Origin: Actinomycetota bacterium
GTDB lineage: Bacteria; Actinomycetota; CADDZG01; JAHWKV01; JAOPZY01
DNA: 64,000 bases
Reading direction: 5' to 3'
Assembly (NCBI GenBank): GCA_035765775.1
Contig: DASTWV010000059.1
Span: forward strand, 353,555-417,554
The translations under genes were made by a program, and so were the position numbers. The notes beneath the pieces are model-generated. The model did no database searches. It was not told the DNA's origin and was given only the letters and a program-made list of their open reading frames with translations. This document shows, piece after piece, positions 9,840 to 20,270 of the stretch (position 1 is its first letter; the number at the start of each line of letters is the position of its first letter).

Positions 9840-10454
9840 CTACTGGCCGGCGAGTTCGGTGTGTGCCGGGGCGGAGGCGAAGATGCCGGGCACATGCCCG
9901 TCCTGGTCCTTGAAGACGTCGACATGTAGGGAAACCAAGCGCTCCTGGCCCTGGCGGGTGCCCAGGATCGACTCGTCGTTGGTCATCCCCCTGCTCCAGC
10001 GTGAGCCGGACCCCGCGCCGGGGGCGCCTGGGGTCGGTGAATTGGGAGGGCGAAACGGCGACCCGGTCACCCCGTCCCGGGTGTAGCCGGACACGCGGCG
10101 CATCGTCTTGTTCACATCGCTGATGGCCAGCGGGGAGTCCACCGTGATCAGCCCGTGTAGGGAGGCCTCGATCAGCCCTCGGTTGCAGGACTCCGACTCG
10201 CGCCGCTGCTGCTCGCTCAGCGAGCGCGTGCAGTACTGCGTGGCCTTCAACGCCTCGGTGAGGCGCACCTCCTCGAAGATGTCCCGCGAGATGAGCAGGG
10301 ACCCCATGGGGTTCGCCGAAGGGTCGCGGTGGGGGGCCTTGACCTCCGCCTCGGCTGGGTCGTATCCATACAGCCGGCGGGCGCCCTCGTTCCACCGGAG
10401 GTTCTGGGCCTCAAGATCGCTGGCGCTCATGGCGTAGGGGGCCTTGATCGCCAA
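9840..10454 (-). CDS. Stand-alone PAS-domain sensor protein (two PAS-like segments, no output domain)
   Basis: LRWNEGARRLYGYDPAEA...; SLHGLITVDSPLAISDVNKTMRRVSGYTRDGVTG...FKDQDGHVPGIFA, typical of PAS. The stop (TAG) lies 6 nt upstream of the GTG of the REC-kinase gene. Confidence 0.6.
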   Translation of the reverse strand: MAIKAPYAMSASDLEAQNLRWNEGARRLYGYDPAEAEVKAPHRDPSANPMGSLLISRDIFEEVRLTEALKATQYCTRSLSEQQRRESESCNRGLIEASLHGLITVDSPLAISDVNKTMRRVSGYTRDGVTGSPFRPPNSPTPGAPGAGSGSRWSRGMTNDESILGTRQGQERLVSLHVDVFKDQDGHVPGIFASAPAHTELAGQ

Positions 10455-10602
10455 CAGGCAATGCCGCCCAGCGGCGTCGGGAACGCCCGCAGAGGTCCGG
10501 TGGGCGAGGGATCCAGACGAATAGTTAGGTGAGCCACGGGCGCTCCGGTGCCGTCATTTTGCTTTAGGAAGTGATAGTGACACATGGTCGTCTTGCCGTC
10601 GA

Positions 10603-11472
10603 GTGCGAAACGGGCGACGGGTTGCGCAGCTGCTCCGGGAGCGGGACAATCCTCCAGGGGAGAACCGGCGCCTGGGCAGGCGCACCGTTGGCGCACTGGA
10701 GCAAGGCGTGGCCTGCGTGCTTGTTGTGGAGGATGACCCGGCCAGCGCGGAATTGGTCGGCTACCTCATACGGGGCGCCGGGCACCGGCTGTCGGTGTGC
10801 ACCAGGGGCTCGGATATGGCCGGGGCACTTCGGACTGACCCGCCGGATCTCATCCTGGTGGACCAGCACCTGCCCGACATGGACGGCGTGCAGGCCCTCA
10901 CCTTGCTGCGCTCGAACCCGGCAACCCCGGACGTGCCGGTCGTGGCCCTCACTGCCGCTGCCCAACCGGAGGACCGGGCACGGCTACTGGCGGCGGGATT
11001 CGACGACTACCTCGCCAAGCCTATCGAGCCCACCAGCTTCATGCGTTCCTTGGACCCCTACCTCGCGCGGTCCGGCCGGCGGCCCGAAGGCTTGACGGCG
11101 GACGGCGGCGGGCCCGGCGCACCGGTGCGGGACGCGGAATCCGCGGCCGTGCCGGCCTACCTGATAGGGGTCTGGTGGGAGAGCCTGGAGGCCATCCTGA
11201 GCCGCCTCGGCCGGTTGAAGGCCGCCTCCACGGCAGCGTCCGAGGGGCGCATCTCGCCGCCCCAGCGCAGCGAAGCGGAAGCGGAAGCGCACAAACTGGC
11301 CGGGGTGCTGGGGACCTTCGGTCTCGGGCACGGGAGCCACCTGGCACGGGATCTCGAAGGGCTCCTGGGCGGGGTCAGCCCCTTGGAGGGAGAGGCGGCC
11401 AGCCACATGCGCACGCTGGTGGAGGAGCTGGAGGCCGAAATCCGCCGCGGGCCCCGAGCCAGAGCGGAATGA
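10603..11472 (+). CDS. Response-regulator receiver fused to a histidine phosphotransfer (HPt) domain
   Basis: REC: VLVVEDDPASAELVGYLI...LILVDQHLPDMDGVQ...VVALTA...DDYLAKP. HPt-like C-terminus: EAEAEAHKLAGVLGTFGLGHGSHLARDLEG. An alternative GTG start near 10699 is possible. Confidence 0.7.
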   Translation: MRNGRRVAQLLRERDNPPGENRRLGRRTVGALEQGVACVLVVEDDPASAELVGYLIRGAGHRLSVCTRGSDMAGALRTDPPDLILVDQHLPDMDGVQALTLLRSNPATPDVPVVALTAAAQPEDRARLLAAGFDDYLAKPIEPTSFMRSLDPYLARSGRRPEGLTADGGGPGAPVRDAESAAVPAYLIGVWWESLEAILSRLGRLKAASTAASEGRISPPQRSEAEAEAHKLAGVLGTFGLGHGSHLARDLEGLLGGVSPLEGEAASHMRTLVEELEAEIRRGPRARAE

Positions 11473-11681
11473 TCCACCACCGGCGGGTCCTGCGGTGGCA
11501 GCTGGGCTGCCGGGGAAAGTGGAGTGCCCGGGGCGCCGAGGCGACGGCCGCGCAGGGACAGGCCCGGCGTCGGGCGCCGGAGGTTCGGGACGGCGGACCA
11601 AACCAGCTCGCGAACCGCCCGCACCCCGAGGCCCGGGAGTGCTGCGGCCGGCGTGGGGGAACGGGGTGGCATGGTGACCCA

Positions 11682-12233
11682 TCAGGTGACCGGTTCGGTT
11701 GCCGGGCTCGGGCCGAGAGGACTGTGCTCCCGGGACCCGACTGCCCGCCTGCCGGTTGCAGGGGCTCGTGCTGCATTCGATGACTCCGCCGGTGCATGCT
11801 CGCGGGAGGCCTGTGCCGGGATCACCACCACCGGGCAGCCGGCGTGATGCAGCACGCCCTTGCTGACCGACCCGAGCACCAGGCCGGCAACTGCCCCGAG
11901 CCCGCGGGTGCCGACCACCAGCAGCTCCGCACCCCGCGCGGCCTCCAGCAGCGCCTGGACCGGCGGGTCCTGAATCAGTACCTGCTCCACCTCGACGCCG
12001 GGTTCTGTCACCCATTCCCGGCTCCGGTCAAGGGTTTGCCGGGCCACACCCTCCACGAAGGACCAATCGACCGCTTCCCCCACCGCATCGGCCAGCCCCA
12101 AGGCCGCCGGAAGGTGCCAGGCGTGCACCAGGACGAGGCGGTCACCGCGCAGCGCGGCCTCATGGGCAGCCCATTGCACGGCTCCGAACGACTCTGGCGA
12201 CCCGTCAACGCCCACTACGATCCTGCCCATCAC
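11682..12233 (-). CDS. Universal stress protein (UspA family)
   Basis: MMGRIVVGVDGSPESFGAVQWAAHEAALRGDRLVLVHAW...LLVVGTRGLGAVAGLVLGSVSKGVLHHAGCPVVVIP. Confidence 0.85.
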   Translation of the reverse strand: MMGRIVVGVDGSPESFGAVQWAAHEAALRGDRLVLVHAWHLPAALGLADAVGEAVDWSFVEGVARQTLDRSREWVTEPGVEVEQVLIQDPPVQALLEAARGAELLVVGTRGLGAVAGLVLGSVSKGVLHHAGCPVVVIPAQASREHAPAESSNAARAPATGRRAVGSREHSPLGPSPATEPVT

Positions 12234-12510
12234 ATGTCCTTTCGCGCGTCCTGTGTCCTCGTTTTCATCGTCCCTTCCTTGCTCTAGTCCTTACTCTGGC
12301 CCTCCTCGTGCCGCGGTCTGGCACTTTCCGGCGGCCCGCCAACCATCATCAGCTGGAGACCTCCAACCCGATACGGCAGTTCGGCCTCCTTTGCGGAGGC
12401 CACCTGTCCTAAAAGTTCGGGCCGACCAGCCCTGGTGGTCGTCCCTGCGCTGGGCGCACACTCCCAGAAGGAACAGCTGCCACCGCCAGACCACGAAAGG
12501 AACCCAGACG

Positions 12511-13032
12511 ATGGACACACCCGACGACCTCCACCTGGCCCTCCACCACCCGGCCCTCGGCCCCGGATCGCTGGCCTGGTCGGACGACCACGATGAGCGC
12601 CAGTGGTGGCACATGCACACCAGCGGCATCCCGGGGAGCACACCGCCGATCCGCCGGCCTCGCGTTCTCCTGGAGATGCCCGGAGTGGCCCTGCCGGCTA
12701 CGGTGGCCACGGTCCTGCGTGACCAGGGCTACGACGTCACGGTCTGCGGGGGCCCGGCGGATACCGCCTTCGGCTGCCCCCTCATGAAGGGCCTGCGCTG
12801 CCCGATGGCGGATCAGGCAGACGTGATCATCGACGACCTCGGACTGACAACCATCGAAGGGCGGGCCGTGTGGCAGGGCCACGAGGCCACCCACCCGGGC
12901 ACGCCCCGGATGCTCCTGCGGGGCATCGGCGACCCGCCGATCAGGATCCGACCGGGGCGGGAGATGCTGTTCGGGCCTCTGACCCGCGAGACGCTGCTGG
13001 AGGCCGTCGGGCGGTTGGCCAACGCCGGCTGA
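12511..13032 (+). CDS. Hypothetical protein
   Basis: ATG at 12511 preceded by GAAAGGAAC. The sequence has coding-like composition (MDTPDDLHLALHHP...VLLEMPGVALPATVATVLRDQGYDVTVCGG...). I recognise no family. Confidence 0.4.
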   Translation: MDTPDDLHLALHHPALGPGSLAWSDDHDERQWWHMHTSGIPGSTPPIRRPRVLLEMPGVALPATVATVLRDQGYDVTVCGGPADTAFGCPLMKGLRCPMADQADVIIDDLGLTTIEGRAVWQGHEATHPGTPRMLLRGIGDPPIRIRPGREMLFGPLTRETLLEAVGRLANAG

Positions 13033-13035
13033 GCC

Positions 13036-14148
13036 TCAGGCCAGGACGGCGGCTACGGCCCGGGCGATCTCGAGATCCTCACGGGCGGCGACCACGAGAG
13101 TGCGGACGGCGATGCCGGGCGGCGCGACATCTCGGTCCCCGGTCCCACTCCGGTTGGCGGCAGGATCGACGGCTACGCCCAGAAACCCGAGGCCGGCCGC
13201 TGTCTGCTCCCGCACAACGGCGGAATTCTCCCCGACGCCTCCGGTGAAGACGAGGGCGTCCAGGCCCCCGAGACTGGCTACCATCGCCGCGATCGAGCCT
13301 CGGAGGCGGTGCAGGTAGACCTCCAGCGCCGCACGCTCACGGCCGGAGCCAAGACGCGCCCGCTCGACGATCCGGGCCATGTCGGCGGTGCCGGCCAACG
13401 CCTGGAGGCCGGAACGGCGCTCCAGGGCGTCGGTGAGGTCCGCCGCGGACAGCCCGCCGTTGGTTTGCAACCACAGGAGCAGCCCCGGGTCGACCGTGCC
13501 CGCGCGGGTCGCCATCACCAAGCCCTCGAGGGGGGTGAAGCCCATCGTGGTGTCGACGGAGCGTCCCCCTGCCACCGCGGCCAGCGACGCGCCTGCCCCC
13601 AGATGGCAGGTGACGATCCGCAGTCCGGCCAGTGGCCGGGCCATGATCTCGGCGCTCCTGCGGGCGGCGTAGGCGTGCGACAGACCGTGGAACCCGTACC
13701 GCCTGATCCCCCAGCGCTCCCGCCAGGCATCCGGGAGGGCATAGGTGGCGGCCGCCGGGGAGAGGGTGGCGTGGAAGGCGGTGTCGAAGCACGCCACCGA
13801 AGGGCACTCTGGCAACCCGGCGCGCAGGGCGTCGATCGCCGCCAGGGCCGGTGGCTGGTGCAGCGGGGCGAGGGCAACCAGGTTCCCAAGTTGCGCCCGG
13901 ACCCTGTCATCAACGCGCACGGGCTTCGTGAATTCCGGGCCACCGTGCACGACGCGGTGCCCGATCGCCTCGGGCGACGCCGATGCAGCCCACCGGACGA
14001 GCTCGGCACTCTCGGCAGCCGCGGGAGCGAGATCGGTCCGGCCCGCCACGCGAGCGCCGTCGAGGATCCGCAGCTTGAGGCTGCTAGATCCGGCATTCAC
14101 CACCAGGACCCGCACCGCCGCGCGTTGCCTTACCCAGGCCAGACCCAC
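13036..14148 (-). CDS. ackA: Acetate kinase
   Basis: [12 protein letters not shown]; HRVVHGG; CFDTAFH; RYGFHGLSH; [11 protein letters not shown]. The start overlaps the 3' end of the phosphoketolase gene. Confidence 0.9.
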   Translation of the reverse strand: MGLAWVRQRAAVRVLVVNAGSSSLKLRILDGARVAGRTDLAPAAAESAELVRWAASASPEAIGHRVVHGGPEFTKPVRVDDRVRAQLGNLVALAPLHQPPALAAIDALRAGLPECPSVACFDTAFHATLSPAAATYALPDAWRERWGIRRYGFHGLSHAYAARRSAEIMARPLAGLRIVTCHLGAGASLAAVAGGRSVDTTMGFTPLEGLVMATRAGTVDPGLLLWLQTNGGLSAADLTDALERRSGLQALAGTADMARIVERARLGSGRERAALEVYLHRLRGSIAAMVASLGGLDALVFTGGVGENSAVVREQTAAGLGFLGVAVDPAANRSGTGDRDVAPPGIAVRTLVVAAREDLEIARAVAAVLA

Positions 14149-16547
14149 TCGCGGATGTCGGGCGGATCTTCGCCCTCCCGGTGAGCGTAGGCGCGGGCGA
14201 GTGCCCGGGCATCGACCATGCGCTGGCGGACATCGCCGGCCCGGGAGTTGAGTCCCGGCACCCGGTCGATCACATCCATGACGAGGTGGAAGCGGTCCAT
14301 GTCGTTCAGCATCACCATGTCAAACGGCGTCGTGGTGGTGCCCTCCTCCTTGTAGCCCCGCACATGCAGGCCGAGGTGGTTTTCCCGCCGGTAAGCCAGG
14401 CGATGGATGAGCCAGGGGTAACCGTGGTAGGCGAAGATCACCGGGCGGTCGGGGGTGAACACCGACGTGAACTCCACGTCGGTCATGCCATGCGAGTGCT
14501 CGGTTGGCGGTTCCAGGCGCATGAGGTCCACGACGTTCACGACCCGCACTTTGAGTTCGGGCAGTTCCCGGCGAAGGAGGTCGACTGCGGCCAGGGTCTC
14601 CAGGGTGGGGATGTCGCCGCAGCAGGCCATCACCACATCGGGATCCTGGACACCGCGGCTGGCCCACTCCCAGATCCCAATGCCGCGGGCGCAGTGCAGG
14701 ACGGCGTCGGGCATCGACAGCCAGTTGAGCGAGGGCTGCTTGCCGGCGACGACCACGTTCACGTAGTCCCGGCTCCGCAGGCAGTGGTCAGCCACCGACA
14801 GGAGGCAGTTGGTGTCGGGCGGGAGATAGACGCGGATGACGCCCGCCTTCTTGTTCACGACGTGATCGATGAACCCCGGGTCCTGGTGGGAGAACCCGTT
14901 GTGGTCCTGGCGCCACACATGCGAACTGAGCAGGTAGGTGAGGGAAGCGATCGGGCGCCGCCAGCCCAACCCGGCGGACACCTTCAGCCACTTGGCATGT
15001 TGGTTGAACATCGACTCGACGATGTGTATGAAGGCCTCATAGGAATTCAGCAGGCCGTGGCGCCCGGTCAGGAGGTAGCCCTCCAACCACCCCTCGCACA
15101 GGTGCTCGGACAGGACCTCCATCACGCGCCCGTCCGGGGCGAGATGGTCGTCTCCTGGCTCGATCCGGCCATCGAAGGCCCGGTCGGTGGCCTCGAACAG
15201 CGCGGTCAGGCGGTTGGACGCCGTCTCGTCGGGCCCGAAGACCCGGAAGCGGTCCCGGTTGGCGGACACCACGTCGCGCAACCACTGCCCCAGCACCCGG
15301 GTCGGTTCGCTGGTTGAGGCACCGGGGGCGGTGACCTTCACCCCGTAGGACCGGAAATCAGGCAGGCTGAGATCATGGAGGAGCAGCCCGCCGTTGGCGT
15401 GGGGATTGGCCCCCATCCGGCTGCTTCCCGACGGGGCGAGGGCCGCCAGCTCGGGGCGGAGGGCGCCGGCGGCGTCAAACAGCTCGTCCGGGCGGTAACT
15501 GTGCATCCAGGCCTCCAGGGCCGCCAGCTGGACGGGGTTGCTCCGAACGTCGGCCAGGGGGACCTGGTGCGCCCGGGAGGTGCCTTCCATCGGCTCACCG
15601 TCCACGGTTTTGGGGCCGGTCCAGCCCTTTGGCGTGCGGAGGATGATCAAGGGCCAGCGCGGCCGGTGCCGGTCACCGTCCCGGGCCGCCTGCTGGATGG
15701 CCCCGATGTCATCCAGGGCGGCGTCGAGGACCGCAGCCAGGTCGCGGTGTACCTGAAATGGGTCGCTGCCCCCCACCACAAGCGGCCGGTACCCGTATCC
15801 CGTGAAAAGGGCGTCCAGCTCCGAGTCCGGGATGCGGGCCAGCACGGCAGGATTGGCGATCTTGTAGCCGTTGAGGTGCAGGATGGGCAGCACCGCGCCG
15901 TCGTGGGCTGCGTCGAGGAACTTGTTGCTGTGCCAGCTCGCCGCTAGGGGACCGGTCTCGGCCTCACCGTCGCCCACGACGCAACAGGCGATGAGGTCGG
16001 GGTTGTCGAGGACTGCCCCGTAGGCATGCGCCAGGCTGTAACCCAGCTCGCCCCCCTCATGGATCGATCCCGGTGTCTCGGCGGCGACGTGGCTGGGGAC
16101 CCCTCCGGGGAAGGAGAACTGGCGGAAGAGCCGTGCGAGCCCAGCCAGGTCGCGGCTCACACCCGGGTAGATCTCCGAGTAGGTCCCCTCCAGGTAGACA
16201 TTGGCGACCATCGCCGGGCCGCCGTGGCCCGGCCCGGCGATGTAGATCATGTTGAGCCCCCGGGCGCGGATCACCCGGTTGAGGTGGGCGTAGATCAGAT
16301 TCAGGCCCGGTGTTGTCCCCCAGTGCCCGAGCAGCCGGGGCTTGATATGCGCGGGCTGGAGCGGTTCCCGGAGCAACGGATTGGCGAGCAGGTAGATCTG
16401 GCCGACAGCGAGGTAGTTGGCCGCCCGCCAGTACGCATCCAGCAGCCGCAGATCCGTACCGGCCAAGGCGTCGTCGACGGATGGAGACCCCGAGCGACGC
16501 TGGCCGGGGTCGTCGCGACCGTGAGTCATTCCTGCATCCTGACGCAT
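14130..16547 (-). CDS. xfp: Xylulose-5-phosphate/fructose-6-phosphate phosphoketolase
   Basis: [24 protein letters not shown]...[10 protein letters not shown]...GPGHGGPA...[15 protein letters not shown]...[11 protein letters not shown]...[10 protein letters not shown]...[11 protein letters not shown]...[16 protein letters not shown], about 805 aa. Start at M(RQDAG)MTHGRDD, ~16547 or 16529. The 1020-aa ORF-track extension is spurious. Confidence 0.9.
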   Translation of the reverse strand: MRQDAGMTHGRDDPGQRRSGSPSVDDALAGTDLRLLDAYWRAANYLAVGQIYLLANPLLREPLQPAHIKPRLLGHWGTTPGLNLIYAHLNRVIRARGLNMIYIAGPGHGGPAMVANVYLEGTYSEIYPGVSRDLAGLARLFRQFSFPGGVPSHVAAETPGSIHEGGELGYSLAHAYGAVLDNPDLIACCVVGDGEAETGPLAASWHSNKFLDAAHDGAVLPILHLNGYKIANPAVLARIPDSELDALFTGYGYRPLVVGGSDPFQVHRDLAAVLDAALDDIGAIQQAARDGDRHRPRWPLIILRTPKGWTGPKTVDGEPMEGTSRAHQVPLADVRSNPVQLAALEAWMHSYRPDELFDAAGALRPELAALAPSGSSRMGANPHANGGLLLHDLSLPDFRSYGVKVTAPGASTSEPTRVLGQWLRDVVSANRDRFRVFGPDETASNRLTALFEATDRAFDGRIEPGDDHLAPDGRVMEVLSEHLCEGWLEGYLLTGRHGLLNSYEAFIHIVESMFNQHAKWLKVSAGLGWRRPIASLTYLLSSHVWRQDHNGFSHQDPGFIDHVVNKKAGVIRVYLPPDTNCLLSVADHCLRSRDYVNVVVAGKQPSLNWLSMPDAVLHCARGIGIWEWASRGVQDPDVVMACCGDIPTLETLAAVDLLRRELPELKVRVVNVVDLMRLEPPTEHSHGMTDVEFTSVFTPDRPVIFAYHGYPWLIHRLAYRRENHLGLHVRGYKEEGTTTTPFDMVMLNDMDRFHLVMDVIDRVPGLNSRAGDVRQRMVDARALARAYAHREGEDPPDIREWVWPG

Positions 16548-16676
16548 ATCGGCTCTGGGCGCGAATGGGTCCGGGGGGCCCGGGGAAAGGGGCCGTTCGG
16601 CCCCTGACTCGCACATGGGGGAGGAGTAGCTTCCGGTGGCGCAAGAACTATCGCCCGGCAATGAAAGGGGAGTGCC

Positions 16677-17255
16677 ATGCAACGCCAGAAGATTGACCGC
16701 ATCGTCTCGTGGATCGGCGTCCTGATGACCGCTGCCCTGGTGGGTTCCAGCGCGCTGCTGCTGTGGGGAGCCGCCTTCGTGGACCACCAGATCCATAATC
16801 AGCTGGCGACGCAAGAGATCTTCTTCCCGGCTGCAGGCAGCGCCGCCCTGGCACCCAAGACGATCGGGCCCTACCTGGACCGCTACGCCGGCCAGCAATT
16901 GGTGAACGGGGCCCAGGCTGAGGCCTACGCAGACCACTTTATCGCCGTGCACCTGAGCGAGGTGGCCAAAGGCCAGACCTATGCCCAGGTGAGCGCGGCC
17001 GCGCAGGCGGACCCCACCAACACCACCTTGACCAATGAGGTCAACACCCTCTTCAAGGGGGAGACGCTCCGCGGCCTGCTGCTGAGCGCCTATGCGTGGT
17101 GGCGGGTGGGGCAGCTGGCTCTGATCGCAGGGCTGGTCGCCGGTGTCCTGGCCGTGGTGATGGCTGCCCTCTCCATCCTGGGGTTCTGGCACCGCCGGCA
17201 GGTCCTTGTCGAAGCCGTGGATGTCGCCGCCCGGCCTGTGGCCGCGGCGGTGTAG
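16677..17255 (+). CDS. Hypothetical membrane protein (N- and C-terminal transmembrane segments)
   Basis: Hydrophobic segments [26 protein letters not shown] and [25 protein letters not shown] flank a soluble loop. No homology recognised. Confidence 0.45.
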   Translation: MQRQKIDRIVSWIGVLMTAALVGSSALLLWGAAFVDHQIHNQLATQEIFFPAAGSAALAPKTIGPYLDRYAGQQLVNGAQAEAYADHFIAVHLSEVAKGQTYAQVSAAAQADPTNTTLTNEVNTLFKGETLRGLLLSAYAWWRVGQLALIAGLVAGVLAVVMAALSILGFWHRRQVLVEAVDVAARPVAAAV

Positions 17256-17273
17256 ATCCGGGCCTGGTGCCGG

Positions 17274-17990
17274 CTATGCCTTGATGAGCGCCGCCCCGGC
17301 CACGGCCGAGCGCAACCGGCGCTCCAGGTGGTACTCGGCGTAGGAGCGGGCCAGCCGGGTGGCGGCGGTCACGACCTCGGGGTCGGTCTTCATCCAGGCC
17401 CCCTCGGTCACCAGGTCGTGCAGCAGCTTCAGGACGCCGGGCGGCACATGGCTGGCGGCCAGGTCGCGGCACCCGCCGCATACCGCCCCGCCCTGCCCGG
17501 GCGAGAACCACGTCGCCCGCGCACCGCACTCGGTGCAGGCGTCCAGCGAAGGGGCGAAGCCGGCCACTCCGGAGAGCTTGAGCAGGAACCACGCCAGCAC
17601 CAGCGGTGAGTTGCTGGCGCTGAGCCCCTTGAGGGCATCCAGCAGCAGGCCGAGGACCCGGGACGCCGGCTCCTTCTCCTGCACCACCCGGTCGACCGCC
17701 TCCAGCATCACCTGGCCGAGGGCGAAGCGGTCGAGATCCTCTCGCACCTCCCGGAAGGCGTCGATGGGGTCGGCCTGGTTGACGATGTCCAAGTCGGAGC
17801 GGCCCCGCCACAGGACGAGGGAGACGTGGGTGAAGGGCTCCAGGCGGCCCCCGAACCGGCTTTTGGTCTTGCGGACGCCCTTGGCGACTGCCCGGATCTT
17901 GCCCTGCCCCCGCCCGACGAAGGTGATGATGCGGTCCGCCTCGCCGAGGCGCATCGTCTTGAGGACCACGGCCTCGTCCTTGTAGAGCAC
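17274..17990 (-). CDS. recO: DNA repair protein RecO
   Basis: MLYKDEAVVLKTMRLGEADRIITFVGRGQGKIRAVAKG...CTECGARATWFSPGQGGAVCGGC (RecO zinc-finger region). Sits downstream of era as in other bacteria. Confidence 0.9.
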   Translation of the reverse strand: MLYKDEAVVLKTMRLGEADRIITFVGRGQGKIRAVAKGVRKTKSRFGGRLEPFTHVSLVLWRGRSDLDIVNQADPIDAFREVREDLDRFALGQVMLEAVDRVVQEKEPASRVLGLLLDALKGLSASNSPLVLAWFLLKLSGVAGFAPSLDACTECGARATWFSPGQGGAVCGGCRDLAASHVPPGVLKLLHDLVTEGAWMKTDPEVVTAATRLARSYAEYHLERRLRSAVAGAALIKA

Positions 17991-18063
17991 CGCACAAGTG
18001 TAGGAGCAGGGTAGGACATGGCCCCGGATTGCAGCCCGGGTGGGGCGGCACGCAGGCCCGGCG

Positions 18064-18948
18064 TCAGTACCCGAACCGCTCCAGGCGGTCCTCCCGGCGG
18101 GGCCAGTTGGGCGACACCCGCACCCGCAGGTCCAAGAACACGGGGGCGCCGAGCAGCTCCTCGAGGTCGGGCCGGGCCCGGGTACCGATCTCCTTCAGCG
18201 TCCGGCCTCCTTTGCCGATCAGGATCCCCTTCTGGGAGTCCCGCTCGACGTAGACCGAGGCCGAGACCACGAGGACGCCGGGGGTGTCCCCCGGGGCGAT
18301 CTCGTCCACCACCACCGCCACCGAGTGGGGCACCTCCTCGGCCAGCAGGGCGAGCGCCTTCTCGCGGATCAGCTCGGCGGCGGCCCGGGTGGTGGGCTGG
18401 TCGCTCACCTCATCGGGCGGGTAGTAGGGCGGCCCCTCGGGCAGCCCGGCAACCAGGGCCGTGACCAGGTCCCCGAACCCGGTGCCCCGCGGGGACGAGG
18501 TGGTGAGCACATCCACCCACGACCCCAGCCCCCGGGCGGCCTCAATCTGGGCCAGCAGCTTGGGCGGGAGGACCAGGTCGGCCTTGGTGATGACGCACAG
18601 CACCGGCACGTCCACTGACCCCAGGGCCCGGGCGATGAAGCGGTCCCCCTCGCCGATCCGGGCGGCGGCGTCGAGGACGAAGACCACTTCGTCGACGTCG
18701 CCCAGGGCCTCCCGGGCCACCTCGTTCAGCCGGCGGCCCAGGGCGTTGGCCGGCTTGTGGAGGCCCGGCGTGTCCACGAACACGATCTGGGCCTCGGGCA
18801 GCGTGAGGATGCCCCGCACCGCGTGCCGGGTGGTCGAGGGCTTGTCGGAGACGATGGCCACCTTGGCGTCCACCAGGCGGTTCAGCAGGCTGGACTTGCC
18901 GGCGTTCGGCCTGCCGACGAGAGCGACGAAGCCGGAGCGGTGCGTCAC
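18064..18948 (-). CDS. era: GTPase Era
   Basis: [18 protein letters not shown]...DTPGLHKP...ITKADL (G motifs), then a KH domain. GTG start at 18948 overlaps the upstream gene's stop (GTGA). Confidence 0.9.
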   Translation of the reverse strand: MTHRSGFVALVGRPNAGKSSLLNRLVDAKVAIVSDKPSTTRHAVRGILTLPEAQIVFVDTPGLHKPANALGRRLNEVAREALGDVDEVVFVLDAAARIGEGDRFIARALGSVDVPVLCVITKADLVLPPKLLAQIEAARGLGSWVDVLTTSSPRGTGFGDLVTALVAGLPEGPPYYPPDEVSDQPTTRAAAELIREKALALLAEEVPHSVAVVVDEIAPGDTPGVLVVSASVYVERDSQKGILIGKGGRTLKEIGTRARPDLEELLGAPVFLDLRVRVSPNWPRREDRLERFGY

Positions 18949-20270
18949 TCCGGGGGGTCGCCGGGCGTGTTGGCCTCGGGCTCTTTGCCGTTGTCCTTGG
19001 TGTGCTCCCGGTGGCGGCGCACCAGGATCGACGCCACCCGGCGCCCGTTCATGCGATCCACCTGCAGGTCGACGCCCTCCAGGTGGATCTCGTCGCCCTG
19101 GGTCGGCACCCGGCCGAGCGTTCCGGCCACCAGGCCCCCGACCGAGTCCCACTCCGCGTCGGGGAGGTCGGCGCCCACCAGCTCGGACAGCTCGTCGACG
19201 CCGAGGCGGGCGATGACCCGGTAGGTGTCGTCGTCCACCCGGACCACCGGCGGCTCGTCGGAGTCGAACTCGTCGGCGATCTCCCCCACGATCTCTTCCA
19301 GGAGGTCCTCCATGGTCACCAGCCCGGCGGTGCCGCCGTATTCGTCGACCACGATGGCCATGTGGGTCTTGGAGGCCTGCAGCTCGCCCAGGAGCTCGGC
19401 GACCTTCTTGGACTCGGGCACGAAGTACGCCTCCCGCACCACCTCGCCGATGCGGCGGGGGGCATGGCGTTGGTCGCCGCCGTTGGCCCGCAGCCGGCGC
19501 ATCACGTCCCGGGCGTGGGCGACGCCGACGAGGTCGTCGATGTCGGCGCCGATCACCGGTACCCGGGTAAAGCCCTGGTCCAGCATGAGGTCGAGCACCA
19601 GGGCCAGCTCGGCCTCCGCCTGGACGCAGACCATGTCCGGCCGGGGGACCATGACCTCCCGCACGACGGTGTCGCCGAACTCGAAGATCGAGGAGATCAT
19701 CTGGCGCTCCTGCGTCTCGATGACGTCCTCGGATTCGGCGACCTCCAGCATGGACATGATCTCCTCCTCGGAGGCCACCGGGCCGCGGGGCACGCCCCGC
19801 CCGGGCAGTACCAGCAGAAACAGCCGGTTGATGCCGATGAGCGCCGCCACGAGCGGGCGCAGCACCGAGCCCAGGAACCACACCGGGCGGGCGGAGAGCA
19901 GGCTGACCTGGTCGGGCCGCTCCAGGACCCACGCCCGCGGGGCGATCTCGGCGAACTGGAAGGCGACGAAGGTCATCACCGCAATGGCCACGGCGGCCGC
20001 CGCCGGCACCCCTTCCCGGAGCAGGACGTCGGCCACCAGCACGGTGGCGGTCACCCGGGCCAGCAGCATCACGAGCAGTGCCGACGCCAGGTAGGGGCGG
20101 GGGTTGGCCGCCAGGCGAACCAGCAGCTCGCCCCGGCGGGGGTCCTGCTCGGCCAGGCGGCGGGCCCGGGCGTGGGACAGGTGGCTCAGGGCATTGACCC
20201 AGGCCGAGGCCGAGAAGGCGACTGCGACGGCCACCGCCGCGATCGCGAGCTCCCAGCCCGACCACGTCAT
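18945..20270 (-). CDS. CNNM/CorC-HlyC family membrane protein (DUF21 + CBS pair + CorC_HlyC)
   Basis: Start [19 protein letters not shown] at ~20270. [14 protein letters not shown]...GFTRVPVIG...[30 protein letters not shown]. Conserved ybeY-corC-era neighbourhood. Confidence 0.85.
   Translation of the reverse strand: MTWSGWELAIAAVAVAVAFSASAWVNALSHLSHARARRLAEQDPRRGELLVRLAANPRPYLASALLVMLLARVTATVLVADVLLREGVPAAAAVAIAVMTFVAFQFAEIAPRAWVLERPDQVSLLSARPVWFLGSVLRPLVAALIGINRLFLLVLPGRGVPRGPVASEEEIMSMLEVAESEDVIETQERQMISSIFEFGDTVVREVMVPRPDMVCVQAEAELALVLDLMLDQGFTRVPVIGADIDDLVGVAHARDVMRRLRANGGDQRHAPRRIGEVVREAYFVPESKKVAELLGELQASKTHMAIVVDEYGGTAGLVTMEDLLEEIVGEIADEFDSDEPPVVRVDDDTYRVIARLGVDELSELVGADLPDAEWDSVGGLVAGTLGRVPTQGDEIHLEGVDLQVDRMNGRRVASILVRRHREHTKDNGKEPEANTPGDPPE

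Noticed and set aside
14181-15317. 378-aa plus-strand ORF inside the phosphoketolase gene
   Set aside because: Antisense to xfp, which has strong full-length homology. The translation is His/Gly/Val-rich noise.
16547-17192. N-terminal 215-aa extension of the phosphoketolase ORF
   Set aside because: Xfp homology begins at MTHGRDD...[15 protein letters not shown]. The extension has no homology and overlaps the divergent 16677 gene.
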